64,000 nt of DNA from NCBI GenBank assembly GCA_951406725.2, contig OX597818.1, forward strand, positions 56,730,001 through 56,794,000, written 5' to 3'. Source of the stretch: Octopus vulgaris. Lineage: Eukaryota. Shown here piece by piece: positions 26,677 through 39,602 of this stretch (position 1 is the stretch's first letter; every line of letters starts with the position of its first letter). The notes beneath the pieces were generated by a model that was given only the letters and a program-made list of their open reading frames with translations, was not told the DNA's origin and did no database searches. Position numbers and translations under genes: made by a program.

Positions 26677-27420
26677 GTACGTTTAATGCAAAACTGAGGC
26701 TGATGTAAAAGGGTACACACACAAACACACACACAAGTCCTGTGGACCTTTTCTGGATAAGGGTTGCTCATACCTACACAATATCAGAGTCCTCATCTAT
26801 CCTCTAATTTGACACTTGTATCTGTTAGTTTCCATACACAATCCTACTGTGTTACACCTTGAGCAAGTGTCTCAACTAAAGCCCCGAGCTGACCGAAGCC
26901 TTGTCAATGAATCTGGTTGATGGAAACTGAAACTGGTGGGGCGCTTGGAATGTGGTCGGGTGTCAAGGGGCGGCAACCGGAAAGGAGTTTGGGAACCACT
27001 GTGCTTATGTACGGGTGTAGATAGACATAAGGAAAGGGTTTGTATCGCCAAGTTGGGCCGGCAGATTGGCAGTGTCTTGGGAAAGTAACATCGCAAGGTA
27101 ATGAATGGAAGGGCCCAAGATATATGGGAATCGTTTGAAGTACGAGAATGTATGATGCTTCTCGCAGAAGTAAGGGGTTACGAGTGGCTTTTGTATTTTT
27201 TGTCTCGGTCGTTAGACTGCGGCCATGCTGGGGCACCATCTTGAAATGCTTTAGTTGAGCAAATCGACTGAAGTGCTTTCGGTGTGTTTTGCCGAACCGC
27301 TAAGTTATGGGGGACGTAAACAAACTAACACTTGTTGCCAAGCAGTGGGAGAAGGACAAACAACAAACACCGGCACAAAGACACGCATAGATGTGTGTGT
27401 GTGTGTGTGTGCGTGTGTGT

Positions 27421-27452
<32 letters not shown>

Positions 27453-28271
27453 TTGTTTCACTCTATCAGATTCACTCACAAGGCAATGGTCAGCCCCGGG
27501 ACTTCCGTGCAGTGGGACTGAACTCGGAACCATGTGGTTTGCAAAGCGAGCTTCATAACCACACAGCCATGTCTGGGTCTGATCTACAATATAAACTATT
27601 ACCTGGCTAGCATTGGCCATAAGAAGGACGACACTGCGGCGATTTTTGAATTGGAGACGGAAAAACAAAAGCAGAAAATTCTTCGTCATATAACACCGAC
27701 TTGTGAAACCAAACTACAAGTCTTCGAGGAATCGTAAAAGATACTCGTAGTTACAGCTGCATCCGGATTCAGGGGGTATTTTCTTCTTTCTCTTCTCTCA
27801 CTTTTCTTGTATATTCTACACTACATTATCCATTCAAGTCTTCCTTTAAAAGTCAGTAAAACGATTTGACTGCTATTTCTGCAGATCAAGTGACCCAACC
27901 TATTGCCCTACTCCTAAACACGTTGTTACCGAGAAGTCGTATATTCAAAGCGTGTCTGCTGTTCTTCTCATCTGGGATTTTCTTTCGTTTTTCTCTCAAG
28001 ACAGAATGAATCTACGATTGCATTATTCAGTGTCTTTTTTTTTTTTTCTAAGACAGTGGTTACTGGTGGTGGCTGTGGTAATTTTCTGCTGATTCTAGCA
28101 GGACGAGTAACTACGTTTTCTTGTTATTTAACCCTCGGTTAGAATTGATTGAATATACCTTCGAATTAAAGGATTTCAGACTTGACCACTCTCTCCTTTT
28201 CTGTATGCGTGTGTAGTGTGTGTGAATGTAAGAGAGTGTATGTGTGTGCGTGTGTGTGTGTGTGTGTGTGT

Positions 28272-28321
<50 letters not shown>

Positions 28322-28556
28322 CTTTATTCACCATAAGGTTGAAGAAAAGAGGGGACAATACGGGGACAGACAAAACAAACATTGGGGTCAGGGTATCGAA
28401 TGAGACGAAACGTATGAATAAACAAACAATTAAAATATATACAATTAAATGAGAATGAGTGATTAACAAAAAATGAAGCGAGAGTATGTCTGTATGTGTG
28501 TGATATTACATTGTCTATATCGTCTCTTTTTAAGACGGTAGGGTCTTCTTTGATAA

Positions 28557-29710
28557 GGCAGCGAGCTGGTAGAAACGTTAGCACGCCGGGCGAAATGCTT
28601 AGCAGTATTTCGTCTGCCGTTATGCTCTGAGTTCAAATTCCGCCGTGGTCAACTTTGCCTTTCGTCCTTTCGGGGTCGATAAACTAAGTACCAGTTACGC
28701 ACTGGGGTCGATATAATCGACTTAATCCGTTTGTCTGTCCTTGTTTGTCTCTTCTGTGTTTAGCCCCTTGTGAGTAGTAAAGAAATAGGTATTTCGTCTG
28801 TCTTTGCCGTCTGAGTTCAAATTCCGCTGAGGTCGACTTTGCCTTTCATCCTTTCGGATTCGATTAAATTAAGTACCAGTTACGCACTGGGGTCGATATA
28901 ATCGACTTAATCCGTTTGTCTGTCCTTGTTTGTCCCCTCTGTGTTTAGCCCCTTATGGGTAGTAAAGAAATAGGTATTTCGTCTGCCGCTACGTTCTGAG
29001 TTCAAATTCCGCCGAGGTCGACTTTGCCTTTCATCCTTTCGGGGTCGATAAACTAAGTACCAGTTACGCACTGGGGTCGATATAATCGACTTAATCCGTT
29101 TGTCTGTCCTTGTTTGTCCCCTCTGTGTTTAACCCCTTGTGGGTAGTAAAGAAATAGGTATTTCGTCTGCCGCTACGTTCTGAGTTCAAATTCCGCCGAG
29201 GTCGACTTTGCCTTTCATCCTTTCGTGGTCGATAAACTAAGTACCAGTTACGCACTGGGGTCGATATAATCGACTTAATCCGTTTGTCTGTCCTTGTTTG
29301 TCCCCTCTGTGTTTAGCCCCTTGTGGGTAATAAAGAAATAGGTATTTCGTCTGCCGTTACGTTCTGAGTTCAAATTCCGCCGAGGTCGACTTTGCCTTTC
29401 ATCCTTTCGGGGTCGATTAAGTAAGAACCAGTTACGCACTGGGGTCAATATAATCGACTTAATCCGTTTGTCTGTCCCTGTTTGTCCCCTCTGTGTTTAG
29501 CCCCTTGTGGGTAGTAAAGAAATAGGTATTTCGTCTGCCGCTACGTTCTGAGTTCAAATTCCGCCGAGGTCGACTTTGCCTTTCGTCCTTTCGAGGTCGA
29601 TAAATAAGTACCAGTTACGCACTGGGGTCGATATAAATGTACTTAATCCGTTTGTCTGTCCTTGTTTGTCCTCTCTGTCTTTAGCCCCTTGTGGGTAATA
29701 AAGAAATAGG
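28557..29710 (+). mobile_element. SINE family B hexameric array (one head plus six ~184-bp units)
   Basis: gtatttcgtctg recurs at about 28605, 28789, 28974, 29158, 29342, 29526. Confidence 0.95.
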
Positions 29711-30814
29711 TCATTCCTGTATCTCATCTCATACCCACAACACAATCTTTTATTCTGTAACTGATAAATACAACGATATTTTCTCGTGTGAGTAAAACAT
29801 TATAATATGCTTTCTTATCAATGTAGTTTCGGTGTCATTCATATATATATGCGATTGTATTACAGCGATACTACATGTTCGTTCGTTCTGTTAAGTGATA
29901 TTACAGCAGTTCCACCTGCATCTGTGTGTGTAGAACGATATCATATGCTCTGTTATCTCATACAGTTATCCGTGATATACGTGAAATATTATAACATCAC
30001 ATGCTGTTATTGAATTGAGAGAAATTTCTCGAACCAACGAGGTGTGTGTGTGGGAAGTGTTACATGCCCATTCTATCTGCTAGAAATAGCAACCAAATTT
30101 CCATCATGGCAGACCTGATTAAAAGCTCTCCAGCTATGGCAGTGCTGTCTCTCTTTCTTTCCCAGTTTTTGTCTTTAGTCGAGCAAATCGACCCCATGAC
30201 TTATTCTATCTGTTTCTTTTGCCGAACCGCTAAGTGACGGGGATGTAAACACACCACCGTCGGTTGTCAAGCGATGTTGGGGGGACAAACACAAATATAC
30301 ACACACACACACACACATACACATACACATACCTTCAATATATGTAATACTACGTAATCAAACGTGTACTTTCTATTCTCAAGACAGCAGATCGTAATAA
30401 GGAGGAAATTTGGCTACTATGTCCAGCAGGTCGAGCTACCGCATAGAGGTTTCTCTATTGGTTCAGAGAGGAAGGAAAAAGAGAGGGGAGAGAGAGAGAG
30501 AGAAGAAAAGATGGAGAAGAGAGAGAAAGATGTTTATTTAAGAAGTGTGAATATCTCGAACACAGTTCTAAGTAGTAGACACGATATTTTTTTTATCTTT
30601 TAGTCAAGACAGAAGACTGTAATACCCGTAACCTCTTTACACGGCCTCTAAAACTAGATGGATGGGTGGGGGAGAAAGTTATTCATTAACCAGAGATGGG
30701 CCAAATATTTACAATAGGGTAGACTCCTATAAGTACCCGAGGTGCAAGGTAGTTGGATTGAGTCTATCACCCACGGAGACCATAGTGGAATTTGAACTCA
30801 GAACATAAAATACC

Positions 30815-31303
30815 GGCGAAGGTAAAGAATACGCACCCCCGATGTTTAGGGTTAGGATTAGGGTTTAGGTTTAGGGTTAAGGTTTAGGGTTAGGATTAGG
30901 GTTTAGAGTTAGGGTATAGGGTTAAGGCGAGGGTTACGGTTTAGGTTAGGATTAGGGTTAGGGTTTTGTTACGCCGAAAACGGGTGGTGTCCGTATTCTT
31001 TACCTCCGCCGGGTTAGGGTTTAGGGTTAGAGTTAAGGGTACGCCGAAAACGGGTGGTGTCCGTATTCTTTACCTCCGCCGGGTTAGGGTTTAGGGTTAG
31101 AGTTAAGGGTACGCCGAAAACGGGTGGTGTCCGTATTCTTTACCTCCGCCGGGTTAGGGTTTAGGGTTAGAGTTAAGGGTACGCCGAAAACGGGTGGTGT
31201 CCGTATTCTTTAACTCCACCGAGTTAGGGTTTAAGATCAGGGTTTAGGGTTAGAGTTAAGGTTACGCCGAAAACGGGTGGTGTTCGTATTCTTTACCTCC
31301 GCT
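30815..31303. mobile_element. Non-autonomous TIR element with 9-bp TSD and internal TTAGGG-like repeats (MULE/Merlin-type)
   Basis: TIR ggcgaaggtaaagaatacg / cgtattctttacctccgc; TSD taaaatacc at 30806-30814 and 31304-31312. Confidence 0.85.
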
Positions 31304-31940
31304 TAAAATACCAGAACAAATACTATTAAGCCATTTTTAATTCTCTCCTGGAAGAATGCATTATTTCAGTCTGGCTGTGTTTGTAGACAGTTGAAAAGAA
31401 TACTTTTAACAAAAAAAAAAAAAAAAAAAGATTAAATGATAGTGTTATAGTTGTGGGTGGGACCCCTTGGTCTCCCTGGCAACCAATATTTTTAGACCCA
31501 GTCTGTCACTGTATGTATGTATATGTGATTTTTTCCCTATTGCATACCTTACTGATATATATGTGTATGGGTGGGTGACTGTGTGTGTGATTTCATAATG
31601 CACCTCAGTTGTTCTCTGTGTGTGCGTGTGTGTGCATGTAAAACTGTGTGTATATGTATTTCTTTACTGCCCACAAGGGGCTAAACATAGAGGGGACAAA
31701 CAAGGACAGACACACGGATTAAGTCGATTACATAGACCACAGTGCGTAACTGGTACTTATTTAATCGACCCCCGAAAGGATGAAAAGCAAAGTCGACCTC
31801 GGCGGAATTTGAACTCAGAACGTAACGGCAGACAAAATACGGCTACGCATTTCGCCCGGCGTACTAACGTTTCTGCCAGCTTGCCGCCTTATATATGTGT
31901 CTGTATGTATCTGACAAGTATATCTGCTTATATGTAAAAA

Positions 31941-32023
31941 AGAGAAGTCGTGCTTCTTCATTCATATTCTAACACGCTCCTAAGAAGCGTGTTATAATAT
32001 GAACGAAGAAGCACGACTTCTCT
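31941..32023. repeat. 83-bp near-perfect palindrome (38-bp arms)
   Basis: agagaagtcgtgcttcttc..aacacgct / agcgtgtt..gaagaagcacgacttctct, two mismatches. Confidence 0.95.
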
Positions 32024-32096
32024 CTCCTTTAGTATTTTAAGATATTGTATACCTTGAATTACGAATTGATCTGGATAAATGAAGGTAAAATATATC

Positions 32097-32569
32097 TTAA
32101 CCTTTTTGTTACTGTATTTATTTTGAGATGCTCTGGGTTTCTTTCAATCACTTTTAATATAACAAAGAATTTAGTAAAATAACTTAGTTATCATGAAGCT
32201 AGTGTTAGGGACATAAATTGTGACTAAGATTTGGTGGAAGATTTTAATTCAAAACTTATAAAAGCAAGACATTTGTACTACAGAGCCAGAGGTGTTTTCA
32301 GTTGGGTTGGTACCAAAAGGGTTAAGTTAGTCATTTGTTAACCCTTTTTTTAAAATCATATTTCTGTTGAGATGTTCTGTGTTGCTTTCTATTAATTTTA
32401 GATATAACAAAGAATTTTGTAAAATAACTTAGTTATCATTCAGCTAGTGTTAGGGACATAAATTGTGACTAAGGTTTGGTGGAAGATTTTAATTCAAAAC
32501 TTATGAAAACAAGACATTTCTACTCAGAGCCAGAGCTGGTTTCAGCTGGGTTGGTAACGAAAGGGTTAA
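32097..32569. mobile_element. piggyBac-type MITE dimer
   Basis: TTAA-ccctt..aaaggg-TTAA units of ~221 bp joined by a 12-bp linker; partial third copy at 33093-33262. Confidence 0.85.
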
Positions 32570-34059
32570 AGTTATGCATATTTTTTCGCAAAATATGGAT
32601 TAAGGAACTGAAGATCATAGTATGTTCTTACTCTTTTACTTGTTTCAGTCAAGTGACTGTAGCCATACTGGAGCACCGCCTTTAGTCGAGCAAATCGACC
32701 CCAGTACTTATTCTTTGTAAGCCTAGTACTTCTTCTATCGGTCTGTTTTGCCGAACCGCTATGTTACAGGGACGTAAATACACCAGCATCGGTTGTCAAG
32801 CGACGTGGGGGAGGGGACAAACACAAATACATAAATACACACACATATACATATATACAACGGGCTTCTTTCAGTTTCCGTCTATGAAATCCACTCACAA
32901 GGCTTTGATCAACCTGAAGTTATAGTAGAAGACACTTGCCCAAGGGAATGAACCTGGAGCCATGTGGATGGTAAGCAAGCTACTTACCACACAGCCACTC
33001 CCGCATTTAAATTAAATTAATTTATTTAGTTTGTACATTAAACATGAAACTAGTTTAGTATTAACCACGTTGACCTTAAGATAGACTTCATTTATCATTA
33101 AGCTAGTGTTAGGAACATAAATTGTGAGTAAGGTTTGCTGGAAGATTTTAATTCAGAACTTATGAAAACAAGACATTTGTTTATGAAAACAAGACAGAGC
33201 CAGAGGTGGTTTCAGTCAGGTTGGTATCGAAAGAGTTAAATTAATCATTTGGTAACCCTTTTGTTACGAAATTTAAGGTGTATGCCATATATGTATATAC
33301 AGATATACGACGGGCTTCTTTCAGTTTCCGTCTACCAAATCCACTCACAAGCCTTTGGTCAGCCCGAGGCTATAGTAGAAGACACTTGCCCAAGGTGCCA
33401 CGCAGTGGGACTGAACCCGGAACCATGTGGTTGGTAAGCAAGCTACTCACCACACAGCCACTCCCGCATTTAAATTAAATTAATTTATTTAGTTTGTACA
33501 TTAAACGTGAAACTAGTTTTGTATCAACCATGCTGACCTTAAGATAGACTTCATTCATCTCGCTCACTTTACATCATGTCCTTGTTTTATTTAAAAACAT
33601 CGGCCATTCTACACGCATGGAGTTAGGTTTTATTAACTGCTCTTCTCTCTATATCTTTATATATATGTGCATATATGTATGTATATGTGTTTAAATTTGT
33701 ATGTGTGTGTGTATATGCATTCATACTGTCCCTTACTGACATAGATGTGTCTAACTTTTTATGTGTGTGTCTGTGGTCGTATCTGTGTATGTGTAGGTTG
33801 ATAGGGAAGTGGACTATATGTAAGATGGGGGCGTTGAGGAAAAAAACCAGGAGGAAAGAAAGGAACTTAGATGTCTGATGAAAGATGTTAAGAGGAAGGA
33901 AATAAGACATTTAGTCACAAGACAAAATAAGGGGGACGGGGCGGAGTGTAAAAGGGTCACTGACACAACATCTGGGAAATGAGAGATGTATACAATTGCG
34001 GGTGCACGTTTTGTTTATACAAGCACTTTCTCTCTGTGTGTGTGTGTGTATACATACTC

Positions 34060-34763
34060 TTTACTCTCTTTTACTTGTTTCAGTCATTTGACTGCGGCCA
34101 TGCTGGAGCATCGCCTTTAATCGAGCAACTCGACCCCGGGCGCTTATTCTTTTGTAAGCCCAGTACTTATTCTATCGATCTCTTTTTGCCGAACCTCTAA
34201 GTGACGGGGACATAAACACACCAGCATCGGTTGTCAAGCAATGCTAGGGGGTTCCGTCTACCAAATCCACTCACAAGGCTTTGGTCGGCCCGAGGCTATG
34301 GTAGAAGACACTTGCCACACAGTGGGACTGAACCCGGAACCATGTGGGTCGTAAACAAGCTACTTACCACACAGCCATATATATATATTCTTTTATTCTT
34401 TTACTTGTTTCAGTCATTTGACTGTAGCCATGCTGGAGCACTGCTTTTAGTCGAAGAAATCGACCCAGGACTTATTCTTTATAACCCTAGTACTCATTCT
34501 ATTGGTATCTTTTGCCAAACTGCTAAGTTTCAGGGGCGTAAACAAACCAGCATCGCCATCTTAAAACTTCATGCATTGTTCATCTTTCACATCCTACAGT
34601 AGGCGCAGGAGTGGCTGTGTGGTAAGTAGCTTGTTTACCAACCACATGGTTCCGGGTTCAGTCCCACAGCGTGGCACCTTGGGCGAGTGTCTTCTGCTAT
34701 AGCCTCGGGCCGACCAAAGCCTTGTGAGTGGATTTGGTAGACGGAAACGGAAAGAAGCCCGTC

Positions 34764-34813
<50 letters not shown>

Positions 34814-35023
34814 ATGTGTTTGTGTGTCTGTGTTTGTCCCCCTAGCATTGCTTGACAACCGATGCTGGTGTGTTTATGTCCCCGTTACTTAGCGTTTCGG
34901 CAAAAGAGACCGATAGAATAAGTAATGGGCTTACAAAAGAATAAGTCCCGGGGTCGAGTTGCTCGATTAAAAGGTGGTGCTCCAGCAAGGCCGCAGTCAA
35001 ATGACTGAAACGAGTGAAAGAGT
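34060..35023. mobile_element. Cluster of family A SINEs: two minus copies (34060-34377, 34390-34555) and a full plus copy (34602-35023)
   Basis: Consensus matches on both strands. Confidence 0.9.
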
Positions 35024-35029
35024 ATGCAA

Positions 35030-35120
35030 TTATAATAACTAATAATAATTATAATAATTATAATAACTATAATAATTATAATAACTAATAATAATTATAA
35101 TAATTATAATAATTATAATA
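35030..35120. repeat. (TAA)n degenerate microsatellite
   Basis: Direct reading. Confidence 0.95.
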
Positions 35121-35199
35121 ACATCTGCTGACCATAACATTTCTTCATATTGTTTTACAAACCAATTTCTCCCGTTACAACTAAAATTCGATACCGTTA

Positions 35200-35475
35200 C
35201 ACCCTTAACGTAGTTCTCAGAGAGAGTCAGCATGACACAGAGTGTGACAAGGCTGGCCCTTTTGAAATACAGGTACAACAGAAACAGGAAGAAAGAGTGA
35301 GAGAAAGTTGAGGTGAAAGAGTACAGCAGGGTTCTTCACTAGCCCCCTTCCAGAGCCTCATGGAGCTTTAGGTGTTTTCACTCAATAAACACAGACAATG
35401 TCCGGTCTGGGAATCAAAACCGCGATCCTACAACCGTGAGTCCGCTGCTCTAACCACTGGGCCATTGCGCCTCCA
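35200..35475 (-). mobile_element. tRNA-derived SINE with GGAGGCGCAATGGCCCAGTGGTTAG head
   Basis: Same head at 37590-37925 (-) and 62732-63030 (+), each with a different tail. Confidence 0.85.
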
Positions 35476-35602
35476 CATATACCCCCCCCCTCCCGGAGTC
35501 TTGTGGAACTTTAGGTGCTTTCGTTCCATAAACACATGAAACTGAATATAACACACGAAACTCTGAGCCCTTGAGTCACTCTTAACATGAAAACCACTGA
35601 TA

Positions 35603-35905
35603 TCTTTATATATAAGAGTGAAGTTGTGTGAGTGTCTGTCTCCTACGATTTAGATTCCTAACTACTCCCACATTTTGCGGTGCAGTTTAACCAAAACCGG
35701 GTATCTTGTAGTCGTGATTCATATCGAGCACTTCTGGGTATTAGCGCACGTCTATGATGAGTCTACGATTTAAAAAAACTTTACCATCATTTTTTCCCAT
35801 TTTTAATGCATTTTTTTTGCTATTATATAAGAGAAGTAACTCTCTAAAAATGCTTATATAGTTATTTCCCTTACAAACCCGAGCAACACCGGGCGATACT
35901 GCTAG
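35603..35905 (+). mobile_element. Non-autonomous Helitron, second subfamily
   Basis: A|TCtttatatataa 5' end; 3' acaaacccgagcaacaccgggcgatactgCTAG|T shared with the 23509 copy; interior largely different. Confidence 0.85.
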
Positions 35906-36602
35906 TATATTTATATTTCCTGTTATTTCTGATTCTATACCAGCTGTATGAATTGAGGTTTCTGCAGTCAGGGAAGGACAGAGATTTTAGTTTTCTTGAT
36001 TTTGTTTCCTTCTTCTAGTTCCATTTATTTTTATGCATCAATATTCTTCCTGTTTTTTTCTACATTTTTTTTCTTCTTATTTCCTTACTGTCAAGCATCC
36101 CTGTTTTTTTTAGAATTTATATGGAACGCATAAACAGAGCCTAAAAGATTGCTTGGAGACACATGGTGTATTTTTATAAATATGCCTGAGCAAGTATCAT
36201 AAAAGCATGAAACTATTAGTAGCTCTTTCAGTTGTGTATTTAAGTTGATGTTTATCTCTCACTGGATGGAGTACCTTTTTTTTGTTGATTCTACCTGTAT
36301 TGGATCTTTAAACTATATATGTGTGTGTGTGTGTATGTATAATAAACATACATATATATATACATACATACATACATACATTATTATGGCTGCCCCCTCG
36401 TTATCAAGTTTGGCCATTGCACGAAGCTTAACTGTTATTGGTGCTGTGATCGAATGTGACTTTTTAGCCCCGCTATAAAGATCTACAATGTCTTGTACAG
36501 AATTGGCAGCTAAAACCTTTACCGGTAATAGCCGGCTGTTGTCTTCTGTTGTCTGACCAATTGATATAAGTCAGAAAAGTAATGTTCAAGTGTTGTCTCA
36601 AC

Positions 36603-37165
36603 TATCATCATCATCATCATCATCATCGTCGTTTAGCGTCCGTTTTCCATGCTAGCATGGGTTGGACGGTTCGACCGGGGTCTGGAAGCCATGGAAGCTG
36701 CACCAGGCTCCAATCTGATCTGGCAGTGTTTTTGGCCTGATGAAGCCTTCTGGCTTCACAGACCCCAGTAGAACCGTCCAACCCATGCTAGCATGGAAAA
36801 CGGACGCTAAACGACGATGATGATGATGATGATACCCTTCAAACGCCAACCACTCCATGAGTGTAGTGGGTGTTTTTTACGTGCCATCGGCACAGGTGCC
36901 AGAGGAGGCTGGCAACATCCACAATCGGTTGGTACTTTTTACGTCCCACCGGCACTAACGCCAGTCAAGATTGTGCTGGTATTGGCCACGTTCGGATGGT
37001 GTTTTTTACGTGCCACCGGCACAGGGGCCAGAGGAGGCTGGCAACACCCACGATAGTTTGGTGCTTTTTACATGCCACCAGCATGGACGCCAGTCAAGGT
37101 GGCACTGGCATCGGTCACGTTCGGATGGTGTTTTTTACGTGCCACCAGCACAGGTATCACAACTA
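36603..37165 (-). mobile_element. SINE family D (Meta-domain-like, (GAT)n tail) with nested inverted fragment
   Basis: Family motif ggttggcgttaggaagggcatccagctgtag (reverse complement) and internal tttttacgtgccaccggcac sub-repeats. Other copies: 43128-43405, 45993-46300, 54704-54860, 61664-61980 (all -). Confidence 0.85.
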
Positions 37166-38429
37166 CTAGTTGGTGTAAATTGGTAAAGTGTTAGTCCAGT
37201 GTTTTCTTCCCAGCATATAGTGTCAGCCGAGTGTTATCAGCACAGGAATAATGGTCCTAATGATGTCATATATAATTGATGTCCCGTATTTAATAGTTTA
37301 TAAAGCACACAAGCAAAAAGGACACCCTCAGTTTTGGCAGGTCCTTTCTTGAGCCATCTTTTGCCAGTAACCTAAACCCTGACATTGTGTTTTAGAGCCA
37401 GGTAAAAAGCATCTGCTACATGTTACTAAGTGGTTGGCATTAAGGACATCCAGCTATAGAGACCATGTTAAAGCAGACCCTGGGTCCTGGGGCAGTCCTC
37501 TGGCTTGCCGGCTCCTGTTGAACCATCCAACCTATACAAGCATAAAAAATAATCATTGAATGATGTTGATGATTTGTTTGTTGAGCGAAGCGGTCTTCGT
37601 CCGTAGTGGGAGAAGTCCGATACGTGGTCCTTTGCTATTCGTAAGACCCGCAGAAGAGAAAGCAGGTCAACCCCTGACACCGAGAGCATCGACGGATGGA
37701 TGAATGCGCATCCAGGCTCAGCGGTTGCGTAGGAAGTCGGGGACAAGAAACAGGAAGAAAGAGTGAGAGAATGTTGGGGCGAAAGAGTACAACAGGGGTC
37801 GCCACCACACCCTGCCAGAGCCTCGTGGAGCTTTACGTGTTTTCGCTCAATAAACACACACAACACCCGGTCTGGGAATTGAAACCGCGATCCTCCGACC
37901 TAACCACTGGGCCATTGCACCTCCACTGATGTTGATGATGATTTTGATGAAAGTACACGTCATTTGGTTCCAAATATGGTAAATTAAAAAAGATATTGGC
38001 CTGGATTACTCTTTTACTTGTTTCAGTCATTTGACTCTGGCCATGATGGAGCACCGCCTTTAGTCGAGCAAATCGACCCCAGGACTTATTCTTTGTAAGC
38101 CTAGTACTTATTCTATCGGTCTCTTTTGCTGAACCGCTAAGTTACGGGGACCTAAACACACCAGCATCGGTTGTCAAGCGATGTTGGGGGGGGGACACAC
38201 ACAGATACACAAATACACGCACACACACACATATATATACATATATACGACGGACTTCTTTCAGTTTCTGTCTACCAAATCCACTCACAAGGCTTTGGTT
38301 GGTACAAGGCTATCGTAGAAGACACTTGCTCCAAGGTGTCACGCAGTGGGACTGAACTCAGAACCATGTGGTTGGTAAGCAAGCTACTTACCACACAGCC
38401 ACTCCTGCGCCTTCGTTAGAAAAGACTTT

Positions 38430-38760
38430 GACTTGTGTTGTCTTAACCAGCTGGTTCAGTGCCAGAGATGTGCAGTGTCCTTGCTCTGTTTTGTTTACCA
38501 CTATTACAATGGTCCCAGTTTTTGCATACCATCTGCACCTAGCCCCACCTGTTACAGCCATCTCTCTCTCTCTCTTTGTCTCATCACCCATACTATGTCT
38601 TCCTTCCCCCAACCCACCCTGGGCCTGCACTAACCACAATACCCATTTCTTCTTCCTCTCCAGAATGCCAATCCTGTGGAATTTCCTTCCTGCCTATATT
38701 CTTCCTGTTGTCGTTGACGTACAGATGCTCAAGCTGAACATAAGCTGCATTCAACCTCAT
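38430..38760 (+). pseudogene. Decayed CR1/L2-group LINE ORF2 C-terminus
   Basis: CAVSLLCFVYHYYNG..HPYYV..FFLSRMPILWNFLPAYILPVVVDVQMLKLNIS (cf. RRxVASLxxFYRY..HPY..LWNSLPxxVFP). Confidence 0.65.
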
Positions 38761-38989
38761 GGGTCTTCGTTGCTCTGCAAAAGCAAAAGTCAGAAGACGC
38801 TGCTTCTCTCTTCAGACTGAACCCCACCCCACCCCACAGAAAAAAAATGCATCACAAATACCTCCATCTTTAATTCTTCTGTTGCTGCATTTCTGTAAAT
38901 TACACTGCCTTTGTTTTAATTAGTAAAATAACTTGGGCCATTATTAAGTTGGTGATTGGAACGTAAATTAACGGGGAATTTTGATAGAA

Positions 38990-39602
38990 TCATTAGCACA
39001 TCGGGCGAAAGGCTTCACGGTATTTCGTCTGCCGCTACGCTCTGAGTTCAAATTCCGCCGAGGTCGACTTTGCCTTTCATCCTTTCGGGGTTGATAAATT
39101 AAGTACCAGTTATGCACTGGAGTCGATATAATCGACTTAATCTGTTTGTCTGTTCTTGTTTGTACCCTCTATGTTCAGCCCCTTGTGGGTAGTAAAGAAA
39201 TAGGTATTTCGTCTGCTGCTACGTTCTGAGTTCAAATTCCGCTGAGGTCGACTTTGCCTTTCATCCTTTCGGGGTTGATAAATTAAGTACCAGTTATGCA
39301 CTGGAGTCGATATAATAGACTTAATCCCTTTGTCTGTCCTTGTTTGTCTCCTCTGTGTTTAGCCCCTGTGGGTAGTAAAGAAATAGGTATTTCGTCTGCC
39401 ATTACGTTCTGAGTTCAAATTCCGCTGAGGTCGACTTTGCCTTTCATCCTTTCGGGGTTGATAAATTAAGTACCAGTTATGCACTGGGGTCGATATAATC
39501 GACTTAATCTGTTTGTCTGTTCTTGTTTGTCCCCTCTATGTTCAGCCCCTTGTGGGTAGTAAAGAAATAGGTATTTTGTCTGCCACTATGCTCTGAGTTC
39601 AG
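38990..39602 (+). mobile_element. SINE family B trimeric array, CpG-decayed
   Basis: Three ~184-bp units with ggggttgata and ttatgcac variants. Confidence 0.92.

Noticed and set aside
30845-30965. True telomere or chromosome fusion site
   Set aside because: Degenerate, single orientation, enclosed by TIRs and a TSD.
28557-31303. CRISPR-like appearance of the 184-bp and 70-bp arrays
   Set aside because: Units are wholly repeated with no unique spacers, no cas genes, eukaryotic context.
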